Part shown: one piece after another, positions 29,064 to 40,043 of the stretch
Position numbering within the stretch: the first letter of the stretch is position 1
Layout of the letters: each line of letters opens with the position of its first letter
Origin: Chthoniobacterales bacterium
Lineage (GTDB): Bacteria > Verrucomicrobiota > Verrucomicrobiia > Chthoniobacterales > Chthoniobacteraceae
Assembly (NCBI GenBank): GCA_038207335.1
Contig: JBBQZX010000015.1
Span: 1-64,000, forward strand
Direction: 5' to 3'
DNA length: 64,000 bases
Made by a program: the position numbers and the translations under genes
Notes under the pieces: model-generated
Seen by the model: only the letters and a program-made list of their open reading frames with translations
Told to the model about the DNA's origin: nothing
The model's database searches: none

Positions 29064-32000
29064 GTTATCATCAACTCCTCCGCCCACGCTCATCGAGCGG
29101 GTCATCGAAGCGAGTGCGCGCAACAAGTTCCTCGTCATCGTCTTCGCGCTCTTCGGAATCGCGGGCGGCATTTACGCGCTCCGACAGACGCCGCTCGATG
29201 CCATCCCCGATCTCAGCGATGTCCAGGTCATCGTTTATACCGATTGGGAAGGGCGCTCGCCCGACCTCGTCGAAGATCAGATCACCTATCCGATTACTAC
29301 GCGCTTCATTGCTGCGCCGAAGGTTAAGTTCGTGCGCGGCGAGTCGATGTTCGGGAAGTCGTTTGTCTATGTGATCTTTGAGGATGGAACGGACATCTAT
29401 TGGGCGCGCTCAAGAGTCATCGAATACCTCAGCTCCGTGCGTGGCTCTTTGCCGGAAGGAGTCAATCCTGTCATCGGACCGGACGCGACGGGCGTCGGCT
29501 GGGTCTATGAATATGCGCTCGTCGATGACACCGGGAAGAATGATCTCGCGCAGTTACGATCCTTTCAGGACTGGCATCTGCGCTATGCGCTGGAGTCGGT
29601 GAAAGGGGTGGCGGAAGTCGCGCCGGTCGGCGGTTTCGTGAAGCAATATCAGGTCGATCTCGATCCGAACAAACTCGTCGCCTACGGCATTCCGCTCGCG
29701 GACGTCATCGGTGCGATCAAGATGAGCAATGCCGATGTGGGCGGCAAAATCTTTGAGGTTGCGACGACCGAGTATTATGTCCGCGGACGCGGCTATATCA
29801 AAGGCATCGAGGACATTGAGGACATCCCGCTCAAGGTGCAAAACGGCACCCCGATTTACATCAAGAATGTCGGCGCCGTGCATCTCGGGGGTGACTTGCG
29901 GCGTGGAGTCGCGGAATTGAATGGCCAAGGTGAAACTGTCGGCGGGATCGTCGTCATGCGCTACGGCGAGAATGCGCTGACCGTCATCGACGGCATCAAA
30001 AAGAAGATCGAGGAGATCAAGTCATCCCTGCCGGAGGGCGTGCGGATCGTGCCGACTTACGATCGCAGTGAACTCATCAAGGACGCCATCCATACGCTGC
30101 GCGAGAAGCTCATCGAGGAAAGCATCGTCGTAGCGTTCGTGTGTGTTGTTTTCCTGTGGCACGTCCGCTCGGCGCTCGTCGCGATCATCACTCTACCGAT
30201 CGCGATCATCCTTTCGTTCCTCCCGATGTTCGGCCTTGGTCTTACCTCGAATATCATGTCGCTCGGCGGCATCGCCATCGCCATCGGAGCCATGGTCGAT
30301 GCGGCGATCATCATGGTCGAGAATGCGCACAAGGCGCTGGAGCATTTCCGAGACGAACAAGGGCGCGAGCCTGACAACCGCGAGCGCGCCCGCGTCATCA
30401 TCGACGCCGCGAAAAGCGTGGGCCGACCGCTCTTCTTCTCGCTGCTCGTCATCACCGTGAGCTTCATTCCCGTCTTCTCGCTAACCGCGCAGGAAGGCCG
30501 CCTCTTCCGCCCGCTCGCTTTCACAAAGACCTTCTCGATGTTCTTCGCCGCAATGCTCGGCGTGACGCTGGTGCCCGTGCTCATGGTCTGGCTCATCCGC
30601 GGGAAGATCACGCCTGAGATAAAGAATCCGGTGAATCGATTTTTGATTTGGGCGTATCGGCCCTTCGTCAATTTCGTCCTGCATCACCGCGCGCTCACGC
30701 TCATCGGCGCATTGCTCATCCTTGCCGCCACCGTCATCCCCTACTCACGGCTCGGGAAAGAATTCATGCCGCCTCTCAACGAAGGCACGATCCTCTACAT
30801 GCCTACCGCCGTGCCAGGCATGGCCATCGGCGAGGCGACGAAGATCCTGCAAATCCAGGATCGGATGCTGAAGAAGATTCCGGAGGTGACGACCGTCTTT
30901 GGTAAAGCCGGACAGTCCGAAACTCCGACCGATCCGGCGCCGCTGGCGATGTTCGAGACCGTCGTGCAACTCAAGCCCGCGAGCGAATGGCGGCCTGGAC
31001 TGACGTGGGAAAAACTCATCGGGGAGATGAACGCGAACATCAAGACGCCGGGCATGGCGAATATCTTCTGGATGCCGATTCAGACGCGCACGGAGATGCT
31101 TACCACCGGCTTCCGCACCGTGCTCGGCGTGAAAGTCTTCGGCCCGGATTTGAAGGGAATCCAGAAGGTCGCCATCGACATTGAAAAGGCACTCAGCGAC
31201 TTCCCCGACACGCGCAGCGTCTTCTCGGAGCGCACCACTGGCGGCTACTTCCTCGACTTCGATGTGAACCGAAAAGCCGCCGCCCGCTACGGCCTGCGCG
31301 TCGGCGACGTGAACGACATCATCGAGACAGCCATCGGTGGGAAGACCATCGCCACGACGGTGGAAGGCCGCGAGCGCTACCCGATCAGCGTCCGCTACGC
31401 GCGCGATTTCCGTGAAGACCTCGACGCGCTAAAGCGCGTGCTCGTCGCCGCGCCCGCGGCTGGGATGAACGGCAACGGCGACGAAAAGCGCGCGCCTTCC
31501 GCCATCCTCAAGGACGGCGAGCAAAGCTCGATGCCGCACATCCCGATCTCGCTCCTCGCGGACATCAACTTCAAGACCGGCCCGCCTTCCATCCGCAACG
31601 AAAACGGCCAGCTCGTCGGCTTTGTTTTCGTGGACATCACCACCAGCGACATCGCGGGCTATGTCGAGCGCGCGGCGGAACGCGTGCGAGAACGAGTGGA
31701 ATTTCCACCCGGCTATTACATCCAATGGGCCGGACAGTTTGAGTATCTCAAAGCCGCAGAGAAGCGGCTCGCGATCCTGATCCCATTCACACTCGTCATC
31801 ATCTTCGTGCTCATCTTCATGAATACTCAGTCGGTGACCAAGACCTTCATTGTCCTCCTCGCCGTTCCGTTCTCTTTGGTCGGCGCGTTTTGGACGGTTT
31901 ACCTGCTCGGATACAACATGAGCATCGCCGTGTGGGTCGGTCTCATCGCGCTCGCGGGACTCGATGCGGAAACCGGCGTCGTCATGCTGCTCTACCTCGA

Positions 32001-32313
32001 TCACGCATGGGAGAAATACGTCGCCGAGGGCCGCATGTGTTCGATGGCTCATCTCTACGAGGCCGTGAAAGAAGGCGCGGTGCAGCGCATCCGCCCGAAG
32101 ATCATGACCGTCTGCGCGATCCTCTTTGGGCTGCTTCCGATCATGTGGAGCCCGACCACGCAGGCCGGCGCCGACGTGATGAAACGCATCGCTGCCCCGA
32201 TGATCGGCGGCGTCATCACCAGTGCTATTCTCGAGCTGCTGATCTATCCGGTGATCTTCGTCATCTGGAAAAAGCGGCATCTCACGCCCGCGCTTGTGGC
32301 CGCGCCGATTTGA
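29056..32313 (+). CDS. cusA: CusA/SilA-type Cu(I)/Ag(I) RND transporter
   Basis: LDAIPDLSDVQVI and GAMVDAAIIMVEN. The three CusA-type Met positions appear in EFMP, LAMFET and TEMLTTG. Confidence 0.93.
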   Translation: MSELSSTPPPTLIERVIEASARNKFLVIVFALFGIAGGIYALRQTPLDAIPDLSDVQVIVYTDWEGRSPDLVEDQITYPITTRFIAAPKVKFVRGESMFGKSFVYVIFEDGTDIYWARSRVIEYLSSVRGSLPEGVNPVIGPDATGVGWVYEYALVDDTGKNDLAQLRSFQDWHLRYALESVKGVAEVAPVGGFVKQYQVDLDPNKLVAYGIPLADVIGAIKMSNADVGGKIFEVATTEYYVRGRGYIKGIEDIEDIPLKVQNGTPIYIKNVGAVHLGGDLRRGVAELNGQGETVGGIVVMRYGENALTVIDGIKKKIEEIKSSLPEGVRIVPTYDRSELIKDAIHTLREKLIEESIVVAFVCVVFLWHVRSALVAIITLPIAIILSFLPMFGLGLTSNIMSLGGIAIAIGAMVDAAIIMVENAHKALEHFRDEQGREPDNRERARVIIDAAKSVGRPLFFSLLVITVSFIPVFSLTAQEGRLFRPLAFTKTFSMFFAAMLGVTLVPVLMVWLIRGKITPEIKNPVNRFLIWAYRPFVNFVLHHRALTLIGALLILAATVIPYSRLGKEFMPPLNEGTILYMPTAVPGMAIGEATKILQIQDRMLKKIPEVTTVFGKAGQSETPTDPAPLAMFETVVQLKPASEWRPGLTWEKLIGEMNANIKTPGMANIFWMPIQTRTEMLTTGFRTVLGVKVFGPDLKGIQKVAIDIEKALSDFPDTRSVFSERTTGGYFLDFDVNRKAAARYGLRVGDVNDIIETAIGGKTIATTVEGRERYPISVRYARDFREDLDALKRVLVAAPAAGMNGNGDEKRAPSAILKDGEQSSMPHIPISLLADINFKTGPPSIRNENGQLVGFVFVDITTSDIAGYVERAAERVRERVEFPPGYYIQWAGQFEYLKAAEKRLAILIPFTLVIIFVLIFMNTQSVTKTFIVLLAVPFSLVGAFWTVYLLGYNMSIAVWVGLIALAGLDAETGVVMLLYLDHAWEKYVAEGRMCSMAHLYEAVKEGAVQRIRPKIMTVCAILFGLLPIMWSPTTQAGADVMKRIAAPMIGGVITSAILELLIYPVIFVIWKKRHLTPALVAAPI

Positions 32314-32326
32314 AGCGCAACGGCAC

Positions 32327-32923
32327 ATGAACGCCGACCGTATTCCAGCGGACGCGGATGCCGCGCTGATGGCGCGCCTGGCGGCCGGTGACGACCTCGC
32401 ACTGAACGAACTCATGCAGCATTGGCAGACGCCGCTGGTGGCATTCATCCTCCGCTACGTCGGTAGCGAAGCGGAGGCTCTCGACCTCGCGCAGGAAACT
32501 TTTGTGCGCATCTACCAAAGCCGCGAGCGCTACCAGCCGACCGCAAAATTCTCGACCTGGCTTTTCACCATCGCGAGCAATCTCAGCCGCAATATGCTTC
32601 GCTGGCGGCAGCGACATCCCACGGTATCGGCCATTGCGACGGATCGGAGCGGCGAGTCCCACGACCTGCTGGAAGAGTCCACCTCCCCTGAGCGTTCGCC
32701 CGCCGATAACGCCGAGCACAATGACCTTGCGAGCGCCGTACGCGAGCACATCCTAGCTCTCCCGCACGACCTCAAGACTGCTGTGCTGCTCTTTGAATAT
32801 GAGGATCTCAGTTACGAGGAAATCGCCGGCGTGCTTGGCTGCACGCCCAAGGCCGTCGAGACGCGCCTTTACCGAGCCCGCAAGAGCCTGGGCGAAAGCC
32901 TTGCGCGCTGGCAGATCCGATGA
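32327..32923 (+). CDS. ECF RNA polymerase sigma factor
   Basis: DLAQETFVR, FSTWLFTIASN and LSYEEIA...VETRLYRAR. Confidence 0.93.
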   Translation: MNADRIPADADAALMARLAAGDDLALNELMQHWQTPLVAFILRYVGSEAEALDLAQETFVRIYQSRERYQPTAKFSTWLFTIASNLSRNMLRWRQRHPTVSAIATDRSGESHDLLEESTSPERSPADNAEHNDLASAVREHILALPHDLKTAVLLFEYEDLSYEEIAGVLGCTPKAVETRLYRARKSLGESLARWQIR

Positions 32924-32964
32924 ACTGGTGAGCGCGCTCCCGCGTTTTCTCAAATGACCCGAAC

Positions 32965-35448
32965 ATGAACGACACCTCACCAACTTTCACCGATCCCGTT
33001 TGCAGCATGAACGTGGACGAGGGCTCCGCCGGAGGAACCTCAGAGTTTCGCGGCACGACCTACCACTTCTGCTCCGAGCATTGCCGGGAAAAGTTCCGCG
33101 CCGATCCGGAAAGCTTCACTGAGAAGAACGAGCCGGAGGCGCATCCCGAGGGAGACTGCTGCGGCGGGCATCATCACACATCCGAGGCTACGAGCGAGGC
33201 CGCCGAGGAGAGCAAGCCGGCGAAGAAATACTTCTGCCCGATGTGCCCCGGCGTGGAGAGCGACGAGCCCGGCGAATGTCCGAAATGCGGGATGGCGCTG
33301 GAACGCAACCCGACTTGGAAGCCTGCTGGGAAGACGATCTACACCTGCCCGATGCACCCGGAGATCGAGCAGGATCATCCGGGCGATTGCCCGATTTGTG
33401 GGATGGCGCTGGAGCCGAAAGGCGGGGCCGCGAGCGGGGGAGAGGACGAGGAAAATCCCGAGTTGCGCGACATGACGCGGCGCTTTTGGGTGGCCGCACC
33501 GCTGGCGCTGATCGTGATGGGTCTGTCGATGGGCGGGATGATTCCCGGCGCGGACTTCCTGCACGGGAATATCTCGCGCTGGGCGCAGTTCGCGATCTCG
33601 AGCATCGTCGTGCTGTGGGCGGGCTGGCCGTTTTTCGAGCGCGGCTGGCGCTCAGTAAAGACGTGGCATCTCAATATGTTCACGCTCATCGCCATCGGCA
33701 CCGGCGCGGCTTGGCTCTACAGCACGGTCGCGATGCTGATGCCGGCAGCGTTCCCGGATTCGTTCCGCGAGCATGGTTTCGTCGCCGTCTATTTTGAAGC
33801 GGCGGCGATGATCGTCGCGCTCGTGCTGCTCGGGCAGGTCATAGAGTTGCGCGCTCGCGCCCGCACCGGTCAGGCGATCAAGGCGCTGCTCAATCTCGCG
33901 CCGAAGACCGCACGCATCGTCCGCGACGGCGACTGCGAGGAGGAAATCCCGCTGGATCAAGTGCAGGCCGGCGACACGCTCCGCGTGCGGCCTGGCGACA
34001 GCATTCCCGTCGATGGCGAGATCGTCGAAGGCAGGAGCACGATCGACGAATCCATGCTCACCGGCGAACCCGCGCCGGTCGAGAAAAGCGCGGGCGATCC
34101 CGTGAGCGGCGGCACCTTGAACAACACCGGCAGTTTCCTCATGCGCGCCGACCGCGTGGGCGCGGACACCTTGCTCGCAAAGATTGTCGAGATGGTCGCG
34201 AGTGCGCAGCGCAGCCGCGCGCCGATCCAAAGTCTCGCGGACAAATTCGCCGCGATCTTCGTCCCCACCGTCATCGCCGTCGCGGTCATCACCTTCGGCA
34301 TCTGGATGATCTTCGGCCCCGAGCCGCGATTCGCTCACGCGCTCGCGAATGCCGTCGCCGTGCTCATCATCGCCTGCCCGTGCGCGCTCGGCCTTGCCAC
34401 ACCCATGTCCATCATGGTCGGCGTCGGCCGCGGTGCGGGGGAGGGCGTGCTCGTGCGCGATGCCGAGGCGCTCGAGACGATGGAGAAAATCGACACCCTG
34501 GTGATCGACAAAACCGGCACCCTCACCGAGGGCAAACCACGGGTAACGGACGTCATTGTCTTCGCGAGCGGCAGTGAGGACGACGTCCTGCGCATCGCCG
34601 CGTCCGTCGAGCAGAACAGCGAACACCCCCTCGCCGCCGCCATCGTGAACGCGGCAAAGGAACGCAAACTTCAGCTCGCGAAAGTCGGCGACTTCGACTC
34701 CGTCACCGGCGGCGGCGTCACCGGCCATGTCGATGAAAAGGAAATCGTCATCGGCAAGCCCGAACTGCTCACCGAGCGCGGCATCGAGATTTCCGCCGAA
34801 CAATCCGAAGCCCTCACGGGGCTTCGTCAGGAGGCCAAGACCGCCATGCTCATCGGCATCGATGGCAAAGTCGCCGGCATTATCGCCGTCGCCGACCCGA
34901 TCAAATCCACCACGCCCGACGCCATCAAAGCTCTGCACGCCGCGGGTCTGAAAGTCCTCATGTTCACCGGCGACAACGCCGAGACCGCCAAAGCCGTCTC
35001 CGGCAAACTCGCCCTCGACGGCTTCGAGGCCGGCCTCAGCCCGCAGGACAAACACGACCGCATCGTTGCGCTCCGCAAAAGCGGCGCGAAGGTTGCCATG
35101 GCCGGCGACGGCATAAACGACGCCCCCGCGCTCGCTGCGGCCGATGCCGGCATCGCCATGGGCACCGGCACCGATGTCGCCATTGAGAGCGCCGGCATCA
35201 CCCTCGTCAAAGGCGACCTCAACGGCATCGTCCGCGCCATCCACCTCAGCCGCGCCGTCCTGCGCAATATCCGCCAAAACCTCTTCTTCGCCTTCGCCTA
35301 CAACACCGTCGGCATCCCCATCGCCGCCGGCATCCTCTACCCCTTCACCGGCCTGCTTCTCAGCCCCATCATCGCCGCCGCCGCCATGAGCCTCAGCTCC
35401 GTCTCCGTCATCACAAATGCCCTGCGCCTCCGCGCCGTCCGGCTCTGA
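32965..35448 (+). CDS. copA: Cu(I)-translocating P1B ATPase with YHS and two metal-binding domains
   Basis: DPVCSM...FCSEHC, CPMCP/CPKCGM, CPMHP/CPICGM, TGE, CPC, DKTGT, GDGIND, YN and MSLSS. Confidence 0.95.
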   Translation: MNDTSPTFTDPVCSMNVDEGSAGGTSEFRGTTYHFCSEHCREKFRADPESFTEKNEPEAHPEGDCCGGHHHTSEATSEAAEESKPAKKYFCPMCPGVESDEPGECPKCGMALERNPTWKPAGKTIYTCPMHPEIEQDHPGDCPICGMALEPKGGAASGGEDEENPELRDMTRRFWVAAPLALIVMGLSMGGMIPGADFLHGNISRWAQFAISSIVVLWAGWPFFERGWRSVKTWHLNMFTLIAIGTGAAWLYSTVAMLMPAAFPDSFREHGFVAVYFEAAAMIVALVLLGQVIELRARARTGQAIKALLNLAPKTARIVRDGDCEEEIPLDQVQAGDTLRVRPGDSIPVDGEIVEGRSTIDESMLTGEPAPVEKSAGDPVSGGTLNNTGSFLMRADRVGADTLLAKIVEMVASAQRSRAPIQSLADKFAAIFVPTVIAVAVITFGIWMIFGPEPRFAHALANAVAVLIIACPCALGLATPMSIMVGVGRGAGEGVLVRDAEALETMEKIDTLVIDKTGTLTEGKPRVTDVIVFASGSEDDVLRIAASVEQNSEHPLAAAIVNAAKERKLQLAKVGDFDSVTGGGVTGHVDEKEIVIGKPELLTERGIEISAEQSEALTGLRQEAKTAMLIGIDGKVAGIIAVADPIKSTTPDAIKALHAAGLKVLMFTGDNAETAKAVSGKLALDGFEAGLSPQDKHDRIVALRKSGAKVAMAGDGINDAPALAAADAGIAMGTGTDVAIESAGITLVKGDLNGIVRAIHLSRAVLRNIRQNLFFAFAYNTVGIPIAAGILYPFTGLLLSPIIAAAAMSLSSVSVITNALRLRAVRL

Positions 35449-35473
35449 TCCTCTTCCGCCACTCGATTTGCCT

Positions 35474-35531
35474 TTGTAGGGTGGCCATCTGGGCCGCCTC
35501 GGTCCGGGCGGCGAAGATCGCCGCCCTACAA
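35474..35531. repeat. GTAG-type REP-like palindrome after copA
   Basis: ttgtagggtggc...gccgcc-tcggtccg-ggcggc...gccgccctacaa. Confidence 0.65.
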
Positions 35532-35597
35532 CCCAGCGATTTGCGCTGGAAATTTTCACGCCTGCGAGTATTTGAACTCCGCGCGTCCCTTCAAAAT

Positions 35598-35669
35598 GCC
35601 GGCGTAGCTCAGGGGTAGAGCAGCAGTTTTGTAAACTGCGGGTCGCGGGTTCGAATCCCGCCTCCGGCT
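35598..35669 (+). tRNA. tRNA-Thr(TGT)
   Basis: gccggcg acceptor (one mismatch), D arm gctc/gagc, anticodon arm gcagt-tttgtaa-actgc, T arm gcggg-ttcgaat-cccgc. CCA is not encoded. Confidence 0.96.
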
Positions 35670-35980
35670 CCCGCATTTTCGCGCAGGAAATGCCAGATAC
35701 AGTGGATTCTAAGCATCATTGATCGAATCGTGATGCACTTCGCACGCTTTCAAGACGTTTCGCGCGGTCGTTTTCTGTCACGGTCTGTCACGCCGTTCTA
35801 TCGATCACGGCGGAGTTCGCTCGATGGCCAGACGCCAGATGCCGCGGAGGTCGTGGAGGATTTCGCGGCGTGGTGGCGGATCGAGAGGAGACTGAAGCAA
35901 CAGAAGCCAAAGAATGCAGTACCTTTCCGGTCGTGCTCTGCACATACGTTGCTCCCTTGCAGATCCCGCTCTCAATCTTG

Positions 35981-38344
35981 ATGTTCTTTTCGCTCGCTGC
36001 CTTGTGTGGGCATACGAGCAGTGCCCGTGCGGAGGCTCCTCCGCCGACGGTGCGGGCCGTTTTTGAGCAGCACTGCGTGAAGTGTCACAGCGGGGAGAAG
36101 CCCAAGGGCGACATGACGCTTGAGCCGCTGCTGGAGGGGCACGGCGAACTCAAGCTGTGGCAGGACGCGCTGGAAAAAATCGAGACCGGCGAGATGCCGC
36201 CGAAGTCCAAGCCGCGCCCAGCGCCGGAGCAAAAGCGCGCCGCCGCGGATTGGCTGACGGGACTGGTGCTCGCGGAAAAGGCGGCGCATCGCGCAAAGGA
36301 AGGCCGTGTGGTGCTGCGACGGCTGAACCGGGTTGAGTATGAAAACACGCTGCGAGACTTGCTCGGCGTGGAAGTACGGGTGCGTGCGTTGTTGCCGGAG
36401 GATTCGTCCGCAGGTGGTTTCGACAATGTGGGCGAGGCGCTGCACTCCTCGTCTTTCCTGCTCGCGCGCTATCTCGATGCGGCGGCGGAAGCACTCGACC
36501 AGGCCATCGCCAGCGTGCCGCAGCCGGTAGCGAAAAAGGAGCGCATCACGCTGCGCGATGCGTATCAGTTCAAGCAGGACACCGAGCACGCGTTCCGCAA
36601 ACGCGACGATGGCCGGATCACGATGTTTTCCTCGTCGCAATGGCAGGCGGCGACGCTGTTCTGGCTGGAGCGGCGCGGGCGTTACCGGTTCCGGATGTCG
36701 GTGCAGGCGGATCAGAGCGGTGGCAAGCCGGTCGTCTTCAGCGCTGACACAGGCGGCGGCAGCGATGGGCCGAAGTCGGTACTCGCGGGCTATTTCGACG
36801 CCCCTGCGGATGCGCCGAAGGTGATCGAATTCGAGGCGTTTATGGAGCCGCGGATGTCGATGACAATCCGTCCGTATGGACTCGCGGTCGCGCAGGAGAT
36901 CGCCAAGGCCGGCGACAGGTGGACCGGCCCCGGACTGGCGGTGGACTGGGTGGAAATGGAAGGGCCGCTGAACGACACTTGGCCGCCCGCGAGCCACGAG
37001 CGGCTTTTTGCCGGGCTGAAACAGGCGCCCGTGAAAGTGTCCGGCGCAAACGACATTCTCGAAGTGCAGCCGAACGAATCTGCTGCCGACGCACGGCGCA
37101 TCATTGCGGCTTTTGCGAGGCGGGCTTTTCGGCGACCTGTGAGCGACGAGGAACTTGCGCCGTTCACGGCGCTGGTGGCGAAGCGTCAGGCGGATGGCTC
37201 GACATTCGAGCAGGCGGTGCGCGCGGGGCTCGCGGCGGTCATGACCTCACCGGAGTTCCTCTTCCTCTGCGAGACGCCCGGACGGCTCGACGACTTCGCG
37301 GTCGCGAGCAGGCTGTCGTATTTTCTGTGGAGTTCCATGCCGGATGAGGAGCTGCTGTCGCTCGCGGAAAAGGGAAAGCTGCACGACCCGGCAACGCTGC
37401 GCGCGCAGGTGGACCGGCTGTTGCAAAGCCCGAAGGCCGCAGCCTTCACCGAGAACTTCACCGGACAGTGGCTGCGGCTGCGCGAGATCGATTTCACCGA
37501 GCCGAGCGGCCAGCTTTACCCTGAGTTCGACGACATGCTGAAGGCCTCGATGGTTCGGGAGGCGCGGCTGTTCTTCGACGAGTTGCTCCGCCGCGATTTG
37601 CCGGTCACCAATTTCCTCGCGTCGGATTTCTCGATGCTCAACGGCCGACTCGCCAGGCACTACGGCATCCCCGGCGTGGACGGCTGGACGTTCCAGCGCG
37701 TAAGCCTCCCGCTCGAAAGCCACCGCGGCGGTCTGCTCACCATGGCGGCGGTTTTGAAAGTCACCGCCAACGGCACGAATACCTCGCCCGTGATGCGCGG
37801 CGCGTGGGTCCTCGACCGCATCTTCGGCAGGCCGCCGAAACCACCACCGCCAGACGCGGGTAGCATCGAGCCCGACATCCGCGGCGCCACGACGATTCGC
37901 GAGCAGCTCGCCAAGCACCGCCGCGTCGAATCCTGCGCGAGCTGCCACTCCAAGATCGACCCTCCGGGTTTCGCGCTGGAGAACTTCGACGTCATCGGCG
38001 GCTGGCGCGAATTCTACCGCAGCACCGGCAACGGCAAGCCCGTGGAGATCGATGGAAAGAAGATGCGCTACCTGCAGGGGCCGCCGGTGGACGCGACCGG
38101 CGAGATGCCCGACGGGCGGAAGTTTTCCGACGTCGATGGACTCAAAAAGCTCCTCCTCGCCGACACCGACACTTTCGCCCGCGCGCTCACGATCCGCCTG
38201 CTCACCTACGGCACCGGCGGACTCGTCGAGGCCACCGACCAGCGCGAAGTCAGCGCCATCCTCGACAAGGCGAAATCCGCGCAATGGGGCTTCCGCTCCC
38301 TCCTCCACGAAATCGTCCAGAGCCGTCTCTTCCTCGAAAAGTAA
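35981..38344 (+). CDS. DUF1592/DUF1588/DUF1587-type planctomycete cytochrome-c domain protein
   Basis: CVKCH, RRLNRVEYENTLRDLLG, GFDN, RRAFRRP, SRLSYFLWSSMPD, TSPVMRG and CASCH. Start uncertain (ORF from 35870). Confidence 0.88.
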   Translation: MFFSLAALCGHTSSARAEAPPPTVRAVFEQHCVKCHSGEKPKGDMTLEPLLEGHGELKLWQDALEKIETGEMPPKSKPRPAPEQKRAAADWLTGLVLAEKAAHRAKEGRVVLRRLNRVEYENTLRDLLGVEVRVRALLPEDSSAGGFDNVGEALHSSSFLLARYLDAAAEALDQAIASVPQPVAKKERITLRDAYQFKQDTEHAFRKRDDGRITMFSSSQWQAATLFWLERRGRYRFRMSVQADQSGGKPVVFSADTGGGSDGPKSVLAGYFDAPADAPKVIEFEAFMEPRMSMTIRPYGLAVAQEIAKAGDRWTGPGLAVDWVEMEGPLNDTWPPASHERLFAGLKQAPVKVSGANDILEVQPNESAADARRIIAAFARRAFRRPVSDEELAPFTALVAKRQADGSTFEQAVRAGLAAVMTSPEFLFLCETPGRLDDFAVASRLSYFLWSSMPDEELLSLAEKGKLHDPATLRAQVDRLLQSPKAAAFTENFTGQWLRLREIDFTEPSGQLYPEFDDMLKASMVREARLFFDELLRRDLPVTNFLASDFSMLNGRLARHYGIPGVDGWTFQRVSLPLESHRGGLLTMAAVLKVTANGTNTSPVMRGAWVLDRIFGRPPKPPPPDAGSIEPDIRGATTIREQLAKHRRVESCASCHSKIDPPGFALENFDVIGGWREFYRSTGNGKPVEIDGKKMRYLQGPPVDATGEMPDGRKFSDVDGLKKLLLADTDTFARALTIRLLTYGTGGLVEATDQREVSAILDKAKSAQWGFRSLLHEIVQSRLFLEK

Positions 38345-38350
38345 ATCCCC

Positions 38351-39619
38351 ATGAACACTCCCCTCACCCGCCGCCACTTCCTCCGCTCCGCCGGCATCCT
38401 CCTGGCGCTGCCCACGCTCGAGTCCCTGCAGTCCCGCGCATTCGCCGCCGGCAATACGCCGCCGCCGCGCCGCATGGTCTGCATTTGCGCCCCGCTCGGG
38501 CTGCACGCGCCCGATTTTTTCCCGGAGAAAATGGGCCGCGACTACCAGCCCTCCATGTATCTCGAAACGCTCGGCGACCTCCGCCGGGACTGCACCGTCA
38601 TCTCCGGGCTCGCGCACCCGGGCATTGGCTCCACGCACGACTCGCAGGACAGCTTCCTCACCGCCGCGCTGCACCCGGAGAACCGCGCGGGCTTTCGCAA
38701 CAGCATCTCACTCGACCAGCTTGCAGCGGAGAAAATCGGCGACCGCACCCGCTTCGCCAGCATCGCGCTCGCGGCGGAGGGGTCCAGTCTTTCGTGGACG
38801 CGCAGCGGCGCGATGGTGCCCGCGGACGTGTTTCCCGCGTCCGTGTTCGCGCGGCTTTTCCTCCAGGGCAAACCGGACGAAGTCCAGAAGCAGGCGCGCC
38901 GGCTGGAGGACGGCCTCAGCATTCTCGACACCGTCCGCGACCAGGCGAAGCGGCTCGACTCCACCCTCGGCACGCGCGACCGCGAGAAGATCGACGAGTA
39001 TTTCACCAGCGTGCGCGAGCTCGAGCAACGCATGGCCGTCGCGCGCGAATGGTCCACGAAACCCAAGCCCCACGTCGATGTCCCGCCGATCCAGAACAAC
39101 ACCAACCCCGCCGACCTGATCGGCAAGACGCGGCTCATGCTCGAGCTCATCCACCTCGCCATCCAGACCGACTCCACGCGGCTCATCACCCTGCTCCTGC
39201 TCGGCACCAGCCAGGTGCCGCCCATCGAGGGCGTCACGCAGGGCCACCACGACCTTTCACACCACGGCCAGGACCCCGGGAAAATCGCGCAGCTCCGCAG
39301 GGTCGAGCTCGAGTTGGTAAAAGCGCACGGCGAATTCCTCACGAAACTCAAGCAAACCCGCGAGCAGGACGGCTCCCTGCTCGACCACTCCATGATCCTT
39401 TTCGGAAGCAACCTCGGCAACGCCTCCAACCACTCCACGAAGAACCTCCCCTTCCTCCTCGCCGGCGGCGGCTTCAAGCACGGCCAGCACCTCGCCTTCA
39501 ACGCCGACGAACCCCCGCCCGTCTCAAATCTCTACGTCAGCATGCTCCAGCGCCTCGGCATCGAGACCGACAAATTCGCCACCAGCACCGGCACCCTCAG
39601 CGGCCTGGACGCGGCCTAG
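38351..39619 (+). CDS. DUF1552 (HXXSHH) protein, Tat-exported
   Basis: TRRHFL Tat motif, SISLDQ, TDSTRLIT and HHDLSHH. Confidence 0.9.
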   Translation: MNTPLTRRHFLRSAGILLALPTLESLQSRAFAAGNTPPPRRMVCICAPLGLHAPDFFPEKMGRDYQPSMYLETLGDLRRDCTVISGLAHPGIGSTHDSQDSFLTAALHPENRAGFRNSISLDQLAAEKIGDRTRFASIALAAEGSSLSWTRSGAMVPADVFPASVFARLFLQGKPDEVQKQARRLEDGLSILDTVRDQAKRLDSTLGTRDREKIDEYFTSVRELEQRMAVAREWSTKPKPHVDVPPIQNNTNPADLIGKTRLMLELIHLAIQTDSTRLITLLLLGTSQVPPIEGVTQGHHDLSHHGQDPGKIAQLRRVELELVKAHGEFLTKLKQTREQDGSLLDHSMILFGSNLGNASNHSTKNLPFLLAGGGFKHGQHLAFNADEPPPVSNLYVSMLQRLGIETDKFATSTGTLSGLDAA

Positions 39620-39849
39620 CCGAATCCGAGCGGGGGCAGCCCCTCCCGGCGCATCCCCGCTCCAGCCGCCGCCGTCTCACGGTGGGAAAAAATAGCGCCG
39701 CCACGATACTCACCATTGCGCCGAATTGGCTCGAATCGCGGCTGTTCCCCGCGTGCGCACAGCACCTGCCGGCTGACCGAGGCAAAACGTCCCTCCGAGC
39801 AGCATGTCCGCGCGTAAGTCGTTGATCTAAGATGGATTGCAGAAAAATA

Positions 39850-39975
39850 ATCGATGACCTACCACCCTCCACCGACACCTCACCAGCCTCCACCGACACC
39901 CTCCCACCCATTACCGACGCCTTACCAACCAGCATCGACGCCCTACCACCGGCCACCAGCGCCAGCCCAAATGCC
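39850..39975. repeat. Degenerate 21-nt tandem repeat (6 units)
   Basis: atcgatgacctaccaccctcc / accgacacctcaccagcctcc / accgacaccctcccacccatt / accgacgccttaccaaccagc / atcgacgccctaccaccggcc / accagcgccagcccaaatgcc. Confidence 0.8.
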
Positions 39976-40043
39976 ACCGTGCTTCGGCTTCTCCAGAGCG
40001 AGCGTCATCTCGGAGGGTTGTGCGAATCGGGCACGGGCGGGTC

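Noticed and set aside
33652..35676. 674-aa minus-strand ORF
   Set aside because: Shadow of copA that also runs through the tRNA.
39850..39975. Possible CRISPR array
   Set aside because: Contiguous degenerate units without spacers; no cas genes in the window.
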